64,000 nt of DNA from Amoebidium appalachense (GCA_963693365.1 CAVNZM010000003.1:717506-781505); one strand, 5' to 3'. Shown: positions 13,353-34,331, counted from the first letter of the stretch. Notes: generated from the letters alone by a model not told the origin. Translations and numbers: made by a program.

Positions 13353-15914
13353 TTGTGTGTGTAATGTGGGTGGGTGGGTGGGTGGGTATAGAGAAGGGGG
13401 GAGGGAGGGGGGGGGGGGGGGGGGCGTGTATGTGTGTGCCTGTGTGTGTATGTTAAAGACAGGGGAGGGGGGAAGGGGGAGAGGTCAGGGTAGGGAGAAA
13501 GGGAGGGAAGGATGGGTGGGTGGGAGGGTTGGAGGGAAGGAGGGAGGGGGAGAAAGGGTAGAGGGAGGGATGGCGGAAAAGACAGAAAGAGAGGGGCAAA
13601 GAGAGGAGGGCAGTCGGTAAAGAGGAAGGGCGGGAGGGTGGGACGGAGAGGGAGAAGGGGGAAGTGGAGAATTAGGCAGGGGGGGGGGCCGAGAGCAAGA
13701 GGGGGGGTGGGGAGGGTGTGGGCGGTGTGTGTGTGTGTATGTGTGTGTGTATGTATGTTGTGTGTGTGTGTGGGGGGGGGGGGGGGGGGGGTTGGATGGG
13801 GGATTCGGTTGGGAGTGGGTTCTTTATAGACCTGGCAACCATTGACCAGCTATTCTCTCACCCTGTCTTTGTGTTCACTCTGCAGCTTATGGCAATAATG
13901 GCAACCGTTCCTTGCCTGAGTGTGGTATGGAGGTTGGGTCTTTCGACAGTGATGGCTCTGACGATGACGATGAGGGGTCAAGTGACGAGAGCCCCGGTTC
14001 ATTCAACGTGTCAACATGTGTGCGCCTAGCAGGCCGCAAGCTTAACGCCCGGCGTGCGATGCGCAAGCTGATTGGGTCTGTGCACAGCTCCGAAGGGTTT
14101 GCTTTAGCAGCACAGGACCCGGATCATCTGCTCTTCACTCTAGTGTTCTTTGACGAGGCCGTGGCAGCAGACATACAGCTTGCCAGGTGCTTCCTGCCGA
14201 ACCCCCCCCCCCCCCCCCCCCCCTTCCCCTCCAACGCCCCCCGCTCCTCCCTCTCGCCTCTCCCCCCCCTTTCCCTGCAGGGCCTCTTCCCCTTTCCCCC
14301 ATCCCCCTTTCCCCTCCCCCCCCTCCCCCCCCCGCCCCCTTTTCTGCATCCCCCTCCCCCTCTCCTCCTTCCCACAATTCTTCCTCCCAACTGCTCCACC
14401 TCCTTACTTCCTTGCACGTATCAATCCATCTCTCCTTCCAACCCAAGTGACACCAGTTTTTTGTCAGACAACCTGCCTCCCCAGGCCCACTTATTATGCC
14501 TGTCCTGTTCCCCTCCCCCCCCCCCCCTCTCCCCCTCAGGAGGGCCTCTGCCCATTCGTCCCTCCTTTTCAAGTCCTCCATTACCTCTTACCTCCCCTAA
14601 TTCTCATTATTCTCTAATAGTATACCTATATCTTCCATCCTACCTTTTTGGAAGCTCCCTGCTTCTCTTCCACCTATTTGAAAGCATCTGCATCTACCCC
14701 CCCCCCCCCCCCCCCCCCCCCGTTCATAGCCCCTCCTTCATCAGTACTCCCTTACACCTGCCCGGCCCCCTTCAGAGTGCCTAACCCCCTCCCCCCCACA
14801 CACACACCCCTCCCCTTTCACACACCTGCACACACGAACGCACACATGCATGCACGCATGCACCCTCCCTCGCAGCCACGAGCGCACACACTCTTATTCA
14901 CTTATAGAATTGTTAATAATCTAATGCCCCCCCCCCCCCGACATCTTTACTTCCATGCAACCGGGCATGGTTGCTCTGTGTCGTGCATCTGTAAGCACAC
15001 GCGTTTGTCGCTGCACTGCATTAGTTTGCACACACATCTTCACCGTTTTGCTCACCTTGCTTGCATAAGCAACCCTGCTCGTCTTTGATCAAGACGGGTT
15101 GACCCACCCAAGTTCAGTTGATGCTGCTGTCTGAGTTGGAGCGTCGTATATACGCGGGCTAAGGGGTCGAAACTCAGACGCAATTGATGACTTGGGCCCT
15201 CCCTGAGGATGGGCTCTGCTTATGACGCATACTGTGCGCATGGCTGATGCTGCATAGTTGAATGTTTGCCTTTGCATGTGTCCTGCACCATGCTTCTCAT
15301 CGTGTATGCGTACTTCGTACTGTGTTCCGCATTCAAACCCCCCCTGTCTTCTTTCAGAGGTGTCCTTTCAGGACAGACCACTGTGTGGAGACATCTTTAC
15401 TTCCATGCAACCGGGCATGGTTGCTCTGTGTCGTGCATCTGTAAGCACACGCGTTTGTCGCTGCACTGCATTAGTTTGCACACACATCTTCACCGTTTTG
15501 CTCACCTTGCTTGCATAAGCAACCCTGCTCGTCTTTGATCAAGACGGGTTGACCCACCCAAGTTCAGTTGATGCTGCTGTCTGAGTTGGAGCGTCGTATA
15601 TACGCGGGCTAAGGGGTCGAAACTCAGACGCAATTGATGACTTGGGCCCTCCCTGAGGATGGGCTCTGCTTATGACGCATACTGTGCGCATGGCTGATGC
15701 TGCATAGTTGAATGTTTGCCTTTGCATGTGTCCTGCACCATGCTTCTCATCGTGTATGCGTACTTCGTACTGTGTTCCGCATTCAAACCCCCCCCCCCCA
15801 ACCCCAACCCCAACCCCAACCCACCCACACACGCACACACACACACACGCCAAGGTTTCCCTTGTTCTGCTCCTCGGCCTTTCCGCCTTCCCCATAATCT
15901 GTCTTTCTCTCTCT

Positions 15915-15948
<34 letters not shown>

Positions 15949-18442
15949 CCCACCCCACTGTCACCCACCCCACCACCACTGCCCTACGTCACCCTCCCAC
16001 TTCTTGTCTTTGCTTATTCTTCCTTGTGATGTGCAACACAGGGACATATCCGGGCCACCTGAGGTCCAGCAACAACGCCTTCTTCAAATTCTGGGTGCCT
16101 GGAGAATGGAGCTTATGGAAACACCCGCTGACGGCAACTGTTTGTTTCATTCGGTGTGGCATTATATCAATCAGTATCTACAAAGCGGTCATGTAGCTAC
16201 CCGTGAACACCTCAACACATTGGGGTTTACAGCTAATATGGAGCCTATAGAGGCGATTGGACGGCTACGCGAACTAATGGTAAACGAATGGCGGCGAAAT
16301 CTAGCAGAATACCAAGGATTCCTTTCAAGGGTGACCCTCGCATACGTAGCTGATGATTTCCGCTGTCCTCGGCGCGCCCATTTTGCTTCTGCAGCCGGTG
16401 ACGCGATGGTGCTGGGCTTAGCCAACGCACTCCGCATACCAATAACCATTTTTAGCACGATTGCCAATCACGGTGTAGTTGCGGTCACTCCACCCACCGT
16501 CATCGAACCCAACATTGCCATACCCGTATCACTTAACGGTGCAGCAGATCATTACTCAGTGGTAATACCTCGCTTGTCGCATGCGAACAAAATCTCGGAC
16601 AACAACCAAACACAGACATCACACTCAGTTGACACGGAAAACTCGACGGAGTTGGCGTCTAACGCTAACACAACTGACACGTTCGGTGGGTTGCCCGCCA
16701 AGGGCTGCAGCTGTAATAGAAACAGTAAGGATAGAACACGTTTTTTTTGTGGTTTTAAGAACGGCGGGGGAAAAGTGCAGGCATACGATGGGCATGAGCG
16801 TTGCATATGCGCAAAGAACAAGCGGGCATGCACCCAGGCATGCAGGTGTGAGAATTGTGGCAACAGGTGAGCCGTATGATATGCATTTGCTACTTTTCTT
16901 CTTTTGCATCCTCTATTTGCCCACACTTGGTACTTTATAATCGAAACCTTAACTTGGCCAAATCCAGGTATTTCTGCTTGTCCCTCTCTTTATTCCCCCC
17001 CCCCCCCCCCTTTCCCCCCCTCTCTCTCTCCCCCCCCCCCCCCCCCCCCGGGAGGGGGAAAGAAAAGCCCCCTCTCCCAATCCCCTCCCCCTCCTGTATC
17101 CGTCGTTTCATGATGTCTAACCCCTCCTCCTCCCCCCCCACCTTCCCCACTGCTCACCACCTGCACACCCGCACACCATACACAAACTTAAACACACACA
17201 CGCATGCACGTGTGCACGCACACACACAGCCCCTCCCCCCCCCCCCCCCCCCCCCCCCAAACACACACACACACACACACACAATGCATCCGCGCATCAT
17301 GGTCCATGCATACACGTGTGTGGATAGATGCACAGGTGCACGAATCCACGCACGCACGCACCCACAGAGCACGTGTGCGCACGCACACACAAACACACAT
17401 GTGTACACGTGCGCGCGCATTCACACGCACACACAAACGCACATACACATGCAGTCATGGACAGCGGCCAGAGCCAAACCGTCCAGGTCGCCCGTCTACC
17501 ATGCAGCTGCATTTATCCGGCGAAGGGGGGAACCTTTCCCTGAGAAGTGGTGATGGGTCCAACACCACCCATACGGCCAACACAACAGCCACCAGGGGCA
17601 AGGCCACTGCCACGGTTCCAACGCAAAGGCGGCGCGCACGATTCACGCAAACACGAACCACAGATCAGAATGGTTTGGAGTATTATGTGTCTGTGGGCGA
17701 GGAGGTACGTTCGGGTAGATGGTCGGATGCGGAGACCGCGTTGATTGAAAGTATTGTTATTTCGCTTGCGGAACAAAAGTTGCCGGCAACAGAGGAGGAC
17801 ATATTTGCACATTACCATGCAGCATTGGAGGGCAACGAGGAGGGTGTGGGGCTGGATGCCATCCTTTCCAAAGCATTGAAACAAATCAAGTCAAAAATAG
17901 AACACATTGAGAAGGAAAGACGTTTGCGTAGTCAGGTGGCCGCCGAGGTGAGGGAGGAAATCGCGAGGGCTAAGGAAGCCGCTGCTAGGACAGTTACGGA
18001 GAAAGCAAGCGAGAGAGCACGAAACACGAAACGTGGGCTGAAGTCACAGAGTAATTCACAGACTGCCCCGTCAAAGAAGGCCAAGCCCAGCGGCCTTTCA
18101 CGTGCAAGCACCAACACAGGTGTTGCCCCTCAGGAGCATGATCCCACCAGTTCGTCAACCGATTCGGCGGATGAATTCCAAAGCACCCAACAGTCTGGGG
18201 TGATTCCCCCTAGCCAGCACCCGCACCATCCGCAAGCGTTCCACCCCAGTTATTATCACACATACCCGAGCACGATAGCCAGTGCACAATGTAGCGTCTG
18301 TCAACTGACTTTAGCAATCCCTCCCCATCTGTGTCATACTTACATGCAATGCTGTAGGTGCAAGGCCATGTTGTATGCTCTGGTCACCGCTTTTGGCATC
18401 CGCCTGCTCAGTTTTAGTGTCACGGATAATAGGTGGAAGTGA
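12489..18442 (+). CDS. Transposon-borne OTU-like cysteine protease + CXC-like Cys cluster + Myb/SANT-like segment + C-terminal CxxC..CxxC; exons 13886-14186, (15372-15440 optional), 16042-16866, 17455-18442; 5' exons (incl. ~12489-12736) unresolved
   Basis: TPADGNCLFHSV ... GDAMVLGLANALRIPITIF ... ADHYSVV (OTU Cys/His). GCSC...CICAKNKRACTQACRCENCGN. RWSDAETALIE. The GT-AG junctions between the listed exons are all phase-2 compatible. Confidence 0.8.
14941..15800. repeat. 450-bp tandem duplication inside the OTU gene intron
   Basis: acatctttacttccatgcaacc... starts at 14941 and 15391, essentially identical through ...cattcaaaccccc. Confidence 0.95.
15180..15250 (+). ncRNA. Box C/D snoRNA-like motif within a dispersed intronic repeat (second copy 15630-15700)
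   Basis: GCA-at-TGATGA (15185-15190) ... CTGA (15203-15206) ... CTGA (15244-15247)-TGC; 71 nt with a 3-bp terminal stem. Confidence 0.35.
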
Positions 18443-18977
18443 GCCAATCCCTCCACGTAGTTTTTTATTTTTCTAATTGTTATTGTGGCTGCCAGCTGCT
18501 TTGGGGTCAGGTGGCAAACGTAGGGCATGTCTAGTAGGTTCGATTAGTATGGGATTTGGCATCATGATGCCAAGACTTAGTCAATACAGTAACTTAAGAA
18601 TCAGTTTGTTAGGTGTTAGTTGTAACATTTAACTTCCAGTAATGTTCAGCATGTCAGAGTGGTAGTTTATGATTGTAATGTTACTTACAGTTTAACTGTA
18701 ATGTCACGGTGTATGTAGAGTATGCTGTCACATTCAATGCACACACACGGCACACACACATGAACATGCACACACGCAACCACATACACGTCAAGCACAC
18801 ACTACGTATACATCCATGCATGCGACATTCGCCTTTTTAATACCTATGATATCATTACGTAGTCAAAATACCATAATAATAATGTGTAGAAGTGATTGCA
18901 GGTCACTTTCACATGCTGCAGCTGTTTTATTAATAATGACACCGTAAATTAATGGCAAGCACACTGCAGACTCGGAT

Positions 18978-19037
<60 letters not shown>

Positions 19038-19047
19038 AAAAAAAAAA

Positions 19048-19078
<31 letters not shown>

Positions 19079-19183
19079 TTCCCACCTCGAAATTTTTGGG
19101 CGGGGGCGGGGGGGGGGGGGGGGGGGGGGGGGGGGGAGCTTGGGAAACGAGGGTGCAACCTACATAGGTGCGAGGGTGCAACC

Positions 19184-19293
19184 TACATATGTCACTGGCT
19201 GCATTTGATTGGCTGTGCTGGAAAACGCAGTAGGCCGTCGAATGTGGCTGGGCCTCCGGCAGTGTCCACGCAATAAAAAGTGTGTAAACCCCT
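19184..19293 (+). mobile_element. LINE 3'UTR, right half (split from 11345-11826 by the TIR element)
   Basis: gtcactggctgcatttgattggctgtgctggaaaacgcagtaggccgtc...aataaaaagtgtgtaaacccc aligns to 42830-42930. Confidence 0.85.
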
Positions 19294-20985
19294 AAAGTTT
19301 TATGACATCAAAATCGCTAAATATTCTTGAGATACTAATGAAAAAGCCTAAACTTTGATAACTATATATTTGATAATGAGAAAATTGAAATATAGTCCCC
19401 TAAAGTTGGGCCCGAGAGGATGTACGTATTCGGGGCTTTGAAATAAAAAGAAAAAAACCAGCGGTTTCGGAGTCTACTGTGAACAGGCGCAAAGAAGGCG
19501 TCCTCCTTCTTTCTATATTTGGTAATACAAGTCTATACAGAGAGAAATATACCGTTATGGCCCTCTACAAGTAATGGCCACGTGCTAATACACTCTCTCC
19601 CTTTGTGATCGATATCTCTTCTGAGCGCGAGCTCAGAGCCCTGTTCGATCGATTATCGAGCCAAGATGACATCACAATGACGTACATTCCATTGTTCGCA
19701 AAACCCAGTCATCTTAGAATTCGAATTTCCCAATAAGTCTAATTAGATCGTGCCGGAGATGATTTTGAATATTTTCGAATGTAAATATATTTATATATAA
19801 GTCGTCCTTATCCTGGTGATATGAGATGCCATGACCTGAGAGATAATTTAGAATATTGTATTATTCTTATCAGTGCCAAGCTTCGTCATCTTCTTCTTAG
19901 AATATTCCTGATTCTTCTTAGTGTAACTTTTAGTGTAACCTTCTTGCACGTTGGTGCGTACTCAATTTCTATTGGCTATCGTAATCTATGCCCCGAGTAT
20001 ATAAATCGCCACATGCATTCTGTCATTCAGTCCAGTCAACTTGATCAGTCAGTCCGAGTCACAGCCAGCCAAGTTCCTCTACCCCCATGGCCAAGTACAG
20101 CAGCTTCAAGACGTCACTGCAAGGCTTCAAGGAGAAGTGTCTTCAACATGCAACAGCGAGACTCTGGCTATGACTATAACACTGTGACTGTACACTTCTA
20201 CATGTTAGACTACAGTACTCTATTCTTTTCTTTCGTTCTCACAAGTTATAATTCGAATTTACATGCATAGATGAATTGAATATAAATAGATATACTCTCA
20301 CTTCTGGTCATGAAATACAGCTAAGGAAAAATGGGTATAAGAGTTCACACTCTTATCCAGCCACGTTGATAGAGTGTATTGCGCACACTCACGCGGCTAG
20401 CCTTTCCTAGATAGCTGAATAAACGTTCCAAGTAAGGCTAATAACTAACTAATAATTGCTCGCTCTTACTTCTGCTTCTTTGCATATCTGCATGTTTACT
20501 AGGTGCCACACATAACACAAACACGTACATTTTAACCTCTTGACGCGCATGAAAACATTCACAGCACACACAAATATGTGGTTATACTATGCCCAGCACT
20601 CTTATCACACGCTTCCACAAACACGCTTCCACACACCTCCCATAAACAGTAGCACAAAACATAACCACGTGCCAGTGTAGCCATGTGCGTGAGCAGTGGG
20701 CTCTAGCCATAAGACAGACAAAGGGCCCCGCCTTTAGGCAGGGCTGAATGACGGCAGAGATCAGGTGATTCCCGTATCAAACCGGTTTTCGTTCCTAACC
20801 CAGAATGGAACACACTTTTATTAGAGAAATTCGGCGACATTTTTTTTACAAAGTACTATATCATTGGTACAATGACATTTTGAAAATTTTAATGTTATAG
20901 AACTACCAATCCAATCACAAAAACCTCAAAGGTCTGCTAACACCGGTTTAGGGGGACACGGGGATGAGGACGGTATATTCTATAT

Positions 20986-21026
<41 letters not shown>

Positions 21027-21034
21027 GGCCGTGG

Positions 21035-21067
<33 letters not shown>

Positions 21068-21408
21068 TGTACATTTTAATGTTTTAATAGCTATAGGCAG
21101 ACAGTTGTTGAAAAAAAATAGAGTAAAAAACTCAACTAAATCACTGACTCAGTAATGTGAATATGACATTTAGGGCGAGTGTACTAGAAGGGTTTGTGAC
21201 TGGTAATGATTATTTTTTTACACTAGAGCTAGGGTGATTCAAGCTGGGCGGTGGCCCGGGGGGAATACATAGTGTGCTACCGCCGCCACTGCCCAGGGTC
21301 CCCTGCGGGAGGGGGGCAAGAAAGGGGGGGGGATGGGGGGGGGGGGGGGGGGGGGGTTAAATGAAAGGGAAAAGGGTCATAACATTTGGCAGATCCGGCA
21401 ACTGCAGG

Positions 21409-21443
<35 letters not shown>

Positions 21444-21943
21444 AGCGTGAGGCGGGGGGGCCAGGGGGGGGGGGGGGGGGAGAAAGCGTGAGGCGGGGGG
21501 GCCAGGGAGGGGGGGGCGGGGGGAGGGGGGAGGGAGGTAACAACCACACAACCCAACATCAATAACTGTCTCGTTATGTTTTGGTGCCGGCGACAGCCGG
21601 CGCACTGACCTACTTGTACTAATAGATGTAGATTAATATTGGTGTTGTATATCACCGGGGTTATCGTTCTCTATGAAGCGCCATATGAACCGTTGAATAA
21701 GAAATTTCAATTCAACTAACGATATTATGTAGTTGAGTTTCTCGTTATTTTTTCTTTCTTTTTTTTTTTTTTAACCCCAATACTATCAACCTTCAGTTGA
21801 CCATTCATTTCATTTCCATACGTGTATACTCGCCCCTCCCACTCCCCGTCCCTTCTCCGGCTCTTCTCAACATCCAATCCCATCCCCCCACCCCCCCACC
21901 CCTCCCCACCCCCCCCACCTCTCCCCCACCACCACCACCACCA

Positions 21944-22024
<81 letters not shown>

Positions 22025-22225
22025 CACACCACCATCACCACCACCACCACTTCACATCCACCCACAACATGTGTGTACACGTGCCCACACATACACACTG
22101 GTCACGCGGACGCGGCGAACACACATACACACAGTCACGACTTGCACACACTCGCACAAATGCACACACGCACGCGTGGACGCGTGGACGCACACATGTA
22201 CACACATGTGTACACGCGCATTCAC

Positions 22226-22436
22226 CTCTGAGGCTGGCAGAAAAATTTAGGTTAGGTGACCATCGCCCTTTGTTAAACCCATTAAATTTACTATAAAGGC
22301 GATTGGGCGGATCGGCACCTGCTTTGTACCGGTTTAGTGTTTTCATGACGTCAGCAAGCATTTGATTGCACAGCTGGGCATAAGGATTCATGGCCACGAG
22401 TTCGCTCTTAGCAAAAGCATTGCCCATCTTGGCAGC
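22226..22436 (-). other. Duplicate of TTC36 terminal exon (alternative last exon or pseudo-exon)
   Basis: (CA)n-tag acceptor, then AAKMGNAFAKSELVAMNPYAQLCNQMLADVMKTLN identical in protein to 24834 onward; diverges afterwards. Confidence 0.75.
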
Positions 22437-22449
22437 CTATGTGTGTGTG

Positions 22450-22523
<74 letters not shown>

Positions 22524-22684
22524 ACAATGTGTGTGTGTGTGTGTATGCTCGCGCGCGTTTGTGTTTAGGTTTGCCATTGTGTAGACGAACCAGTTGTGTT
22601 TTTCAGATGGTATTGGCCCGCGGCAGTGGTGGTGATCGCGGTGGTAGAGGTGGTGGTGGTGGTGGTGATGAGGGCGGGAGGTGT

Positions 22685-22759
<75 letters not shown>

Positions 22760-22781
22760 CTCTGAGAGAGACTGAGAGCCT

Positions 22782-22868
<87 letters not shown>

Positions 22869-23600
22869 TGTGTGTGTACTGTAGTGTGTGAGTGTGTAGT
22901 AATGTGCGCATGCTCGTGTGCCAGTTCGCGTGGGCGCGTGTTATATGTGATGTGCATCTGTGTGTGCGTGCGTGCGTGCGTGCGTGCGTGCGTATTGCCG
23001 GAGTAACCAAGACCACACCCAAATGCCTTGCCAACTGAAGTGATTTATTTTAGCCTCGTGTCGGGTGCTTATACCCGCAGATCTGAATTCTAGATTCAGT
23101 GATCTATGGAACAATCGAATGACCAATCAAAGCAATTAGCCAATCAATCATAGCCCACTTAACCGCTATGCATTCCAAACAAGATCCAGAACCCACTGCA
23201 GCTGACGTGGCACTGAGGCTCCTGAGCCTATCCGTGAACCAATCACGTCTAGTGAATCCACACGTACGGCACACGCACGGACACGTACGCCTGTGTCTAT
23301 ACGCTACACACAAACTGAGCTACACGTGCTAGAAGCATTGCACTATTCTCGGAATGCCAATGCTTAAACCATCACGCACACATGATGTACTACACTGATG
23401 AATTGATATATGTTTGATATGCCGTATGAGCACATCAATATCTAGTATTATTCTGACACGTATGTGTGTGTGTGTGTGTGTTCGTGTATGTGTGTGTGTG
23501 TGTGTGTGTGTGGGTGGATGGGTGGGTGGGTGGGTGGGTGGAGTGGGATATCGATGTTGCCATTGGAAAATTCTTAGGGGGAGGGGAAGGGGCGGGAGGT

Positions 23601-23635
<35 letters not shown>

Positions 23636-23812
23636 GGGGGGGGGGGGGGACTCCAGGGGTAGGGATCATTCTGCTGCAACAATTTCAATCTATGGTTCGG
23701 CCAAAATGTTCAAGCCGTTACAAGGATGATGTTGGGGACACCAAATCAGGCACGTGCACGCGCTGAATCGCACATAGATAGACACGCGCACACCGGTACC
23801 CGGGCGCCAAAC

Positions 23813-23998
23813 GCACACATACCTACACACACACACACATGCACACACACATGCTTACACACATCATGACCACGCACACATACCTACACACACACACACA
23901 CGCACACACACATGCTTACACACATCATGACCACGCACACATACCTACACACACACACACATGCACACACACATGCTTACACACATCATGACCACGCA
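23813..23998. repeat. CA-rich minisatellite, 3 copies of ~61 bp
   Basis: gcacacatacctacacacacacacacatgcacacacacatgcttacacacatcatgaccac x3. Confidence 0.85.
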
Positions 23999-24693
23999 CG
24001 CAGACACACACCGTGACAGACACAACTACACACAACTGAGATACATACTGTAACACCTGTGCGCACACACACACACACACACGTGCACACTCGCACACAT
24101 ATTATACCCGCAGACACTTACGCACACATGCAGATATACACCGACACACTGACACACAGTCACAACACACACATACACGTTCACACACCTCTCACAACAT
24201 TTACACGCGCATGCACCCAGTGTTTCGATGTCACATCACCTTTTACTATATTGGTGACATATTATCGAGCCGCATGGGTTCGACATGAATGGCGTAGATT
24301 CAGGAACCTTACACTACTCCACATCAATACAGAAACAAGAGAAAAATGAGATATGCTTAAAAAATTCTCCCGTAAAAACCCCCTAGTGACAGGTAAGGAA
24401 CTGATATGCCAGAGCTGTTTGCACCTACGGAAACAGCACCAAAATGGACCCCCCCCCCCCCCCCCGGCAACTAAATATATCTATAAAATAAAATGAAACA
24501 AAAAATAAAAACAAAAATGAGAAGTAGAGGAAGAGAGACAGAGAGAATAAGAGCGAGCGCGTCTATGAGACCTCTGCTAATTGTCCAGTGAAAAATTCGG
24601 TTAAACTCATGAGTCAGCTGAAAACATGGCGCTACACACACTAATGCGATGTCTAGGTGACCGCGGACGGCCATTAAACTTTTAAAACTTTAA

Positions 24694-32087
<7,394 letters not shown>

Positions 32088-32321
32088 TTTCTCTCCACTG
32101 TCAGTCAACAGCCGTCGAAAATTGATGATTAAATATAACAACAGTGTTTTTATGCCTTAGTAAAACGTACTTGCAATCAGTGAATAAACGGTTTATGATA
32201 AGAAAAAATCATTCGTTGTAATTTTTTCGAACAGTGTTTCTGCTACTGCCTTGACTGTTTTTTCAAGTTTGCAACAAGTTGGCAACTTGGCGGGGAAAAA
32301 AGCCAGGCCTCTGGGAAATCG

Positions 32322-32329
32322 TGACGTCA
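32322..32329. promoter_or_regulatory. CRE palindrome TGACGTCA upstream of TTC36
   Basis: Exact 8-mer 235 bp upstream of the ATG, with nearby ATTGG (CCAAT) motifs. Confidence 0.4.
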
Positions 32330-32940
32330 GAAGCTTTTTGATTGGATGCGCAATTTTTGGGCTCCTTGATTGGTGGATAGCGCACAGGTTCTCCAGGGTG
32401 TGCAATTGCATTTTTGGGAATCTCTGTTACACATAGGACTTCCAAGAAAATTGCCTCAGAGCAGTGGCAACTAGTACATATTGTAAGCACCAGGAACTCA
32501 CACTGTGCATCAGTTTACGTATTGCCAGCATTTGCTGTTATCTATACGCTTTGCCTCAGTCAAGCATATGCAAAGCCAATAAACTCAGGCTCGATCATTG
32601 AACCGCCACATCAGGGTTCAAAATTAGGGTGTGAAACTCCTCAGCAGAGCCCGGCCGCTTCGCCAGAATCGTTGGTGCCGTGCACTGTATCATGTACGTG
32701 GGAACCCGAGGACGGTGTGTGTGTGTGTGTGTGTGTGTGTGGTGGTGGTGGTGGTGGGGAGGGGAGGGGGGAGGGAGGAGGGGAGGGAGAGGGGGGGGGG
32801 GGGGGGGGGGGAGGGGGGGGAGGGATATATCAGTGCGCATATGCGGCGTCTCGTCGAGCCTCATATTCGCTGTTTCTGTGGTATGGCCAAGGCATATACA
32901 TATGTAGCCTTGGTGTCTCTCTGTGGTAGAGAGCTATGTA

Positions 32941-33015
32941 GCCTTTTTGGCCTAGATGGTTACGCCATCGGCCTAACTAAGGACACCAAGTGCTGGGTTC
33001 AAATCCCGATGGAGG
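32941..33015 (+). pseudogene. tRNA-derived sequence (SINE head or tRNA pseudogene)
   Basis: A-box-like tggcctagatgg and B-box-like gggttcaaatccc at tRNA spacing. The acceptor and anticodon arms do not pair properly. Confidence 0.5.
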
Positions 33016-33293
33016 AGGCCTTTTGTGAGCCATACTTCAGTTTCAAACGGAAAACAGGAATTTTTCTAACGAGCCTCTTGACCCGAGGAGAGAGAGGGAC
33101 GGAGGGAGGGGGAGGGAGGGAGGGGGAGAGAGGGAGAGAGAGGGGGAGGGGGAGGGAGAGGGAGAGGGAGAGGGAGAGGGAGAGGAGAGGGAGAGAGAGA
33201 GGAGAGGGAGATGGAGAGAGAGTCAGTTCAAATGATATCTCGAGGGGGCACGGGGGGAGGGGGGGGGGGGGGGGAAGGAGATGGTCCCCCCCC

Positions 33294-33338
<45 letters not shown>

Positions 33339-34331
33339 CGCTTCCCGCGAACACATGGACACTTTAATTAAAGTGTCTTCCTGTGTACTGGGAACCCGAT
33401 TACGCAGCCATTTCGCAAAAACTGTGTATGAATTTATTCTTATTCCATTATCGCATGTATGTACAAAGGTCTTTTCTGGCAATGTTTACCATCACATTAC
33501 ACAGGTGCGGAAAAGTTACCACTACAGCAAACATTCTTGCCTCGCATAGATATCCAACGTATATCCACAGTATATCACACATAGAATTATAACCCTGCCC
33601 GTCAACTAGGGAACCACACACCACAAGAACAGATAAAAAAAAAAGAAGAAGAAGACGAAGAAAGAAATCCCCAATACCCAACAGATATACTTGCTGCATT
33701 CCCGTTTCTACAATTTTCAAACGGCGGAGGAATTCCACGCCCTACTGCAATTTGGCCACCCAATGCTATAAAACGATATATCATGGGAACATTTACTCCC
33801 GTCTATCCAACGTCTATCTCACGTAATATTAATATATCTACCATACCTGAAACGAGAAAACCCCGGTTGTATGCCTACTCTACGAAATTATGGAAACAAG
33901 AATAATTTCTAGTGTGTGGTCGGGTTCGAACAACTTCATTTACGCATTTCCCAGAACACAATCTCTATAATCCGAATAGTGCAATGTCTCCCATTTACTT
34001 CAGCATGCGTGCAAGCGTACAGACACCCTCAAAAAGACACACTTGCGCAAGTGCGCATAAGCTCGCTTGCACGTACATGAACATGCATTTGTCTTATACG
34101 CACTTACACGCCATTCGCATGCAACACTCCAGTGTGCATGCAGGTGACACACACACATACACACGTGCACACGCACACACACGTACACTATTGGTGGTGT
34201 TGGTAGTGGTCATACTGTCCGGAAGGCCCATTCGACGGATTATTCTGCCCCTGCCCGCCGTGCATTCCAGCACTTCAAAATTCGGAACAGTGCACGGGGG
34301 AGGCGGGGTTCTGGTATTGGTCAGGGGGAAC

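Larger units (their letters stand above)
11827..19183 (+). mobile_element. 7.36-kb TIR DNA transposon with 8-bp TSD (TACATATG), probably internally deleted
   Basis: Left end ggtgctaccctcaattcccaagctcc; right end ggagcttgggaaacgagggtgcaacc. tacatatg at 11819-11826 and 19184-19191. The flanks rejoin to match the uninterrupted LINE UTR at 42828-42930. Confidence 0.88.

Noticed and set aside
15163-15216. Hammerhead ribozyme (cGAAA...CTGAGGA) in the intronic repeat
   Set aside because: Cannot build stem III with a valid NUH site or a convincing stem I; ctcag/ctgag pair instead.
19827-20315. Solo LTR (tgccatgacc...ggtcatgaaa with CCAAT/TATA-like motifs)
   Set aside because: Termini are not TG...CA, no TSD, and no second copy in the window.
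21222-21262. Helitron-like 3' end on the minus strand (short GC hairpin then CTAG)
   Set aside because: Weak stem, no second copy and no 5' TC end identifiable.
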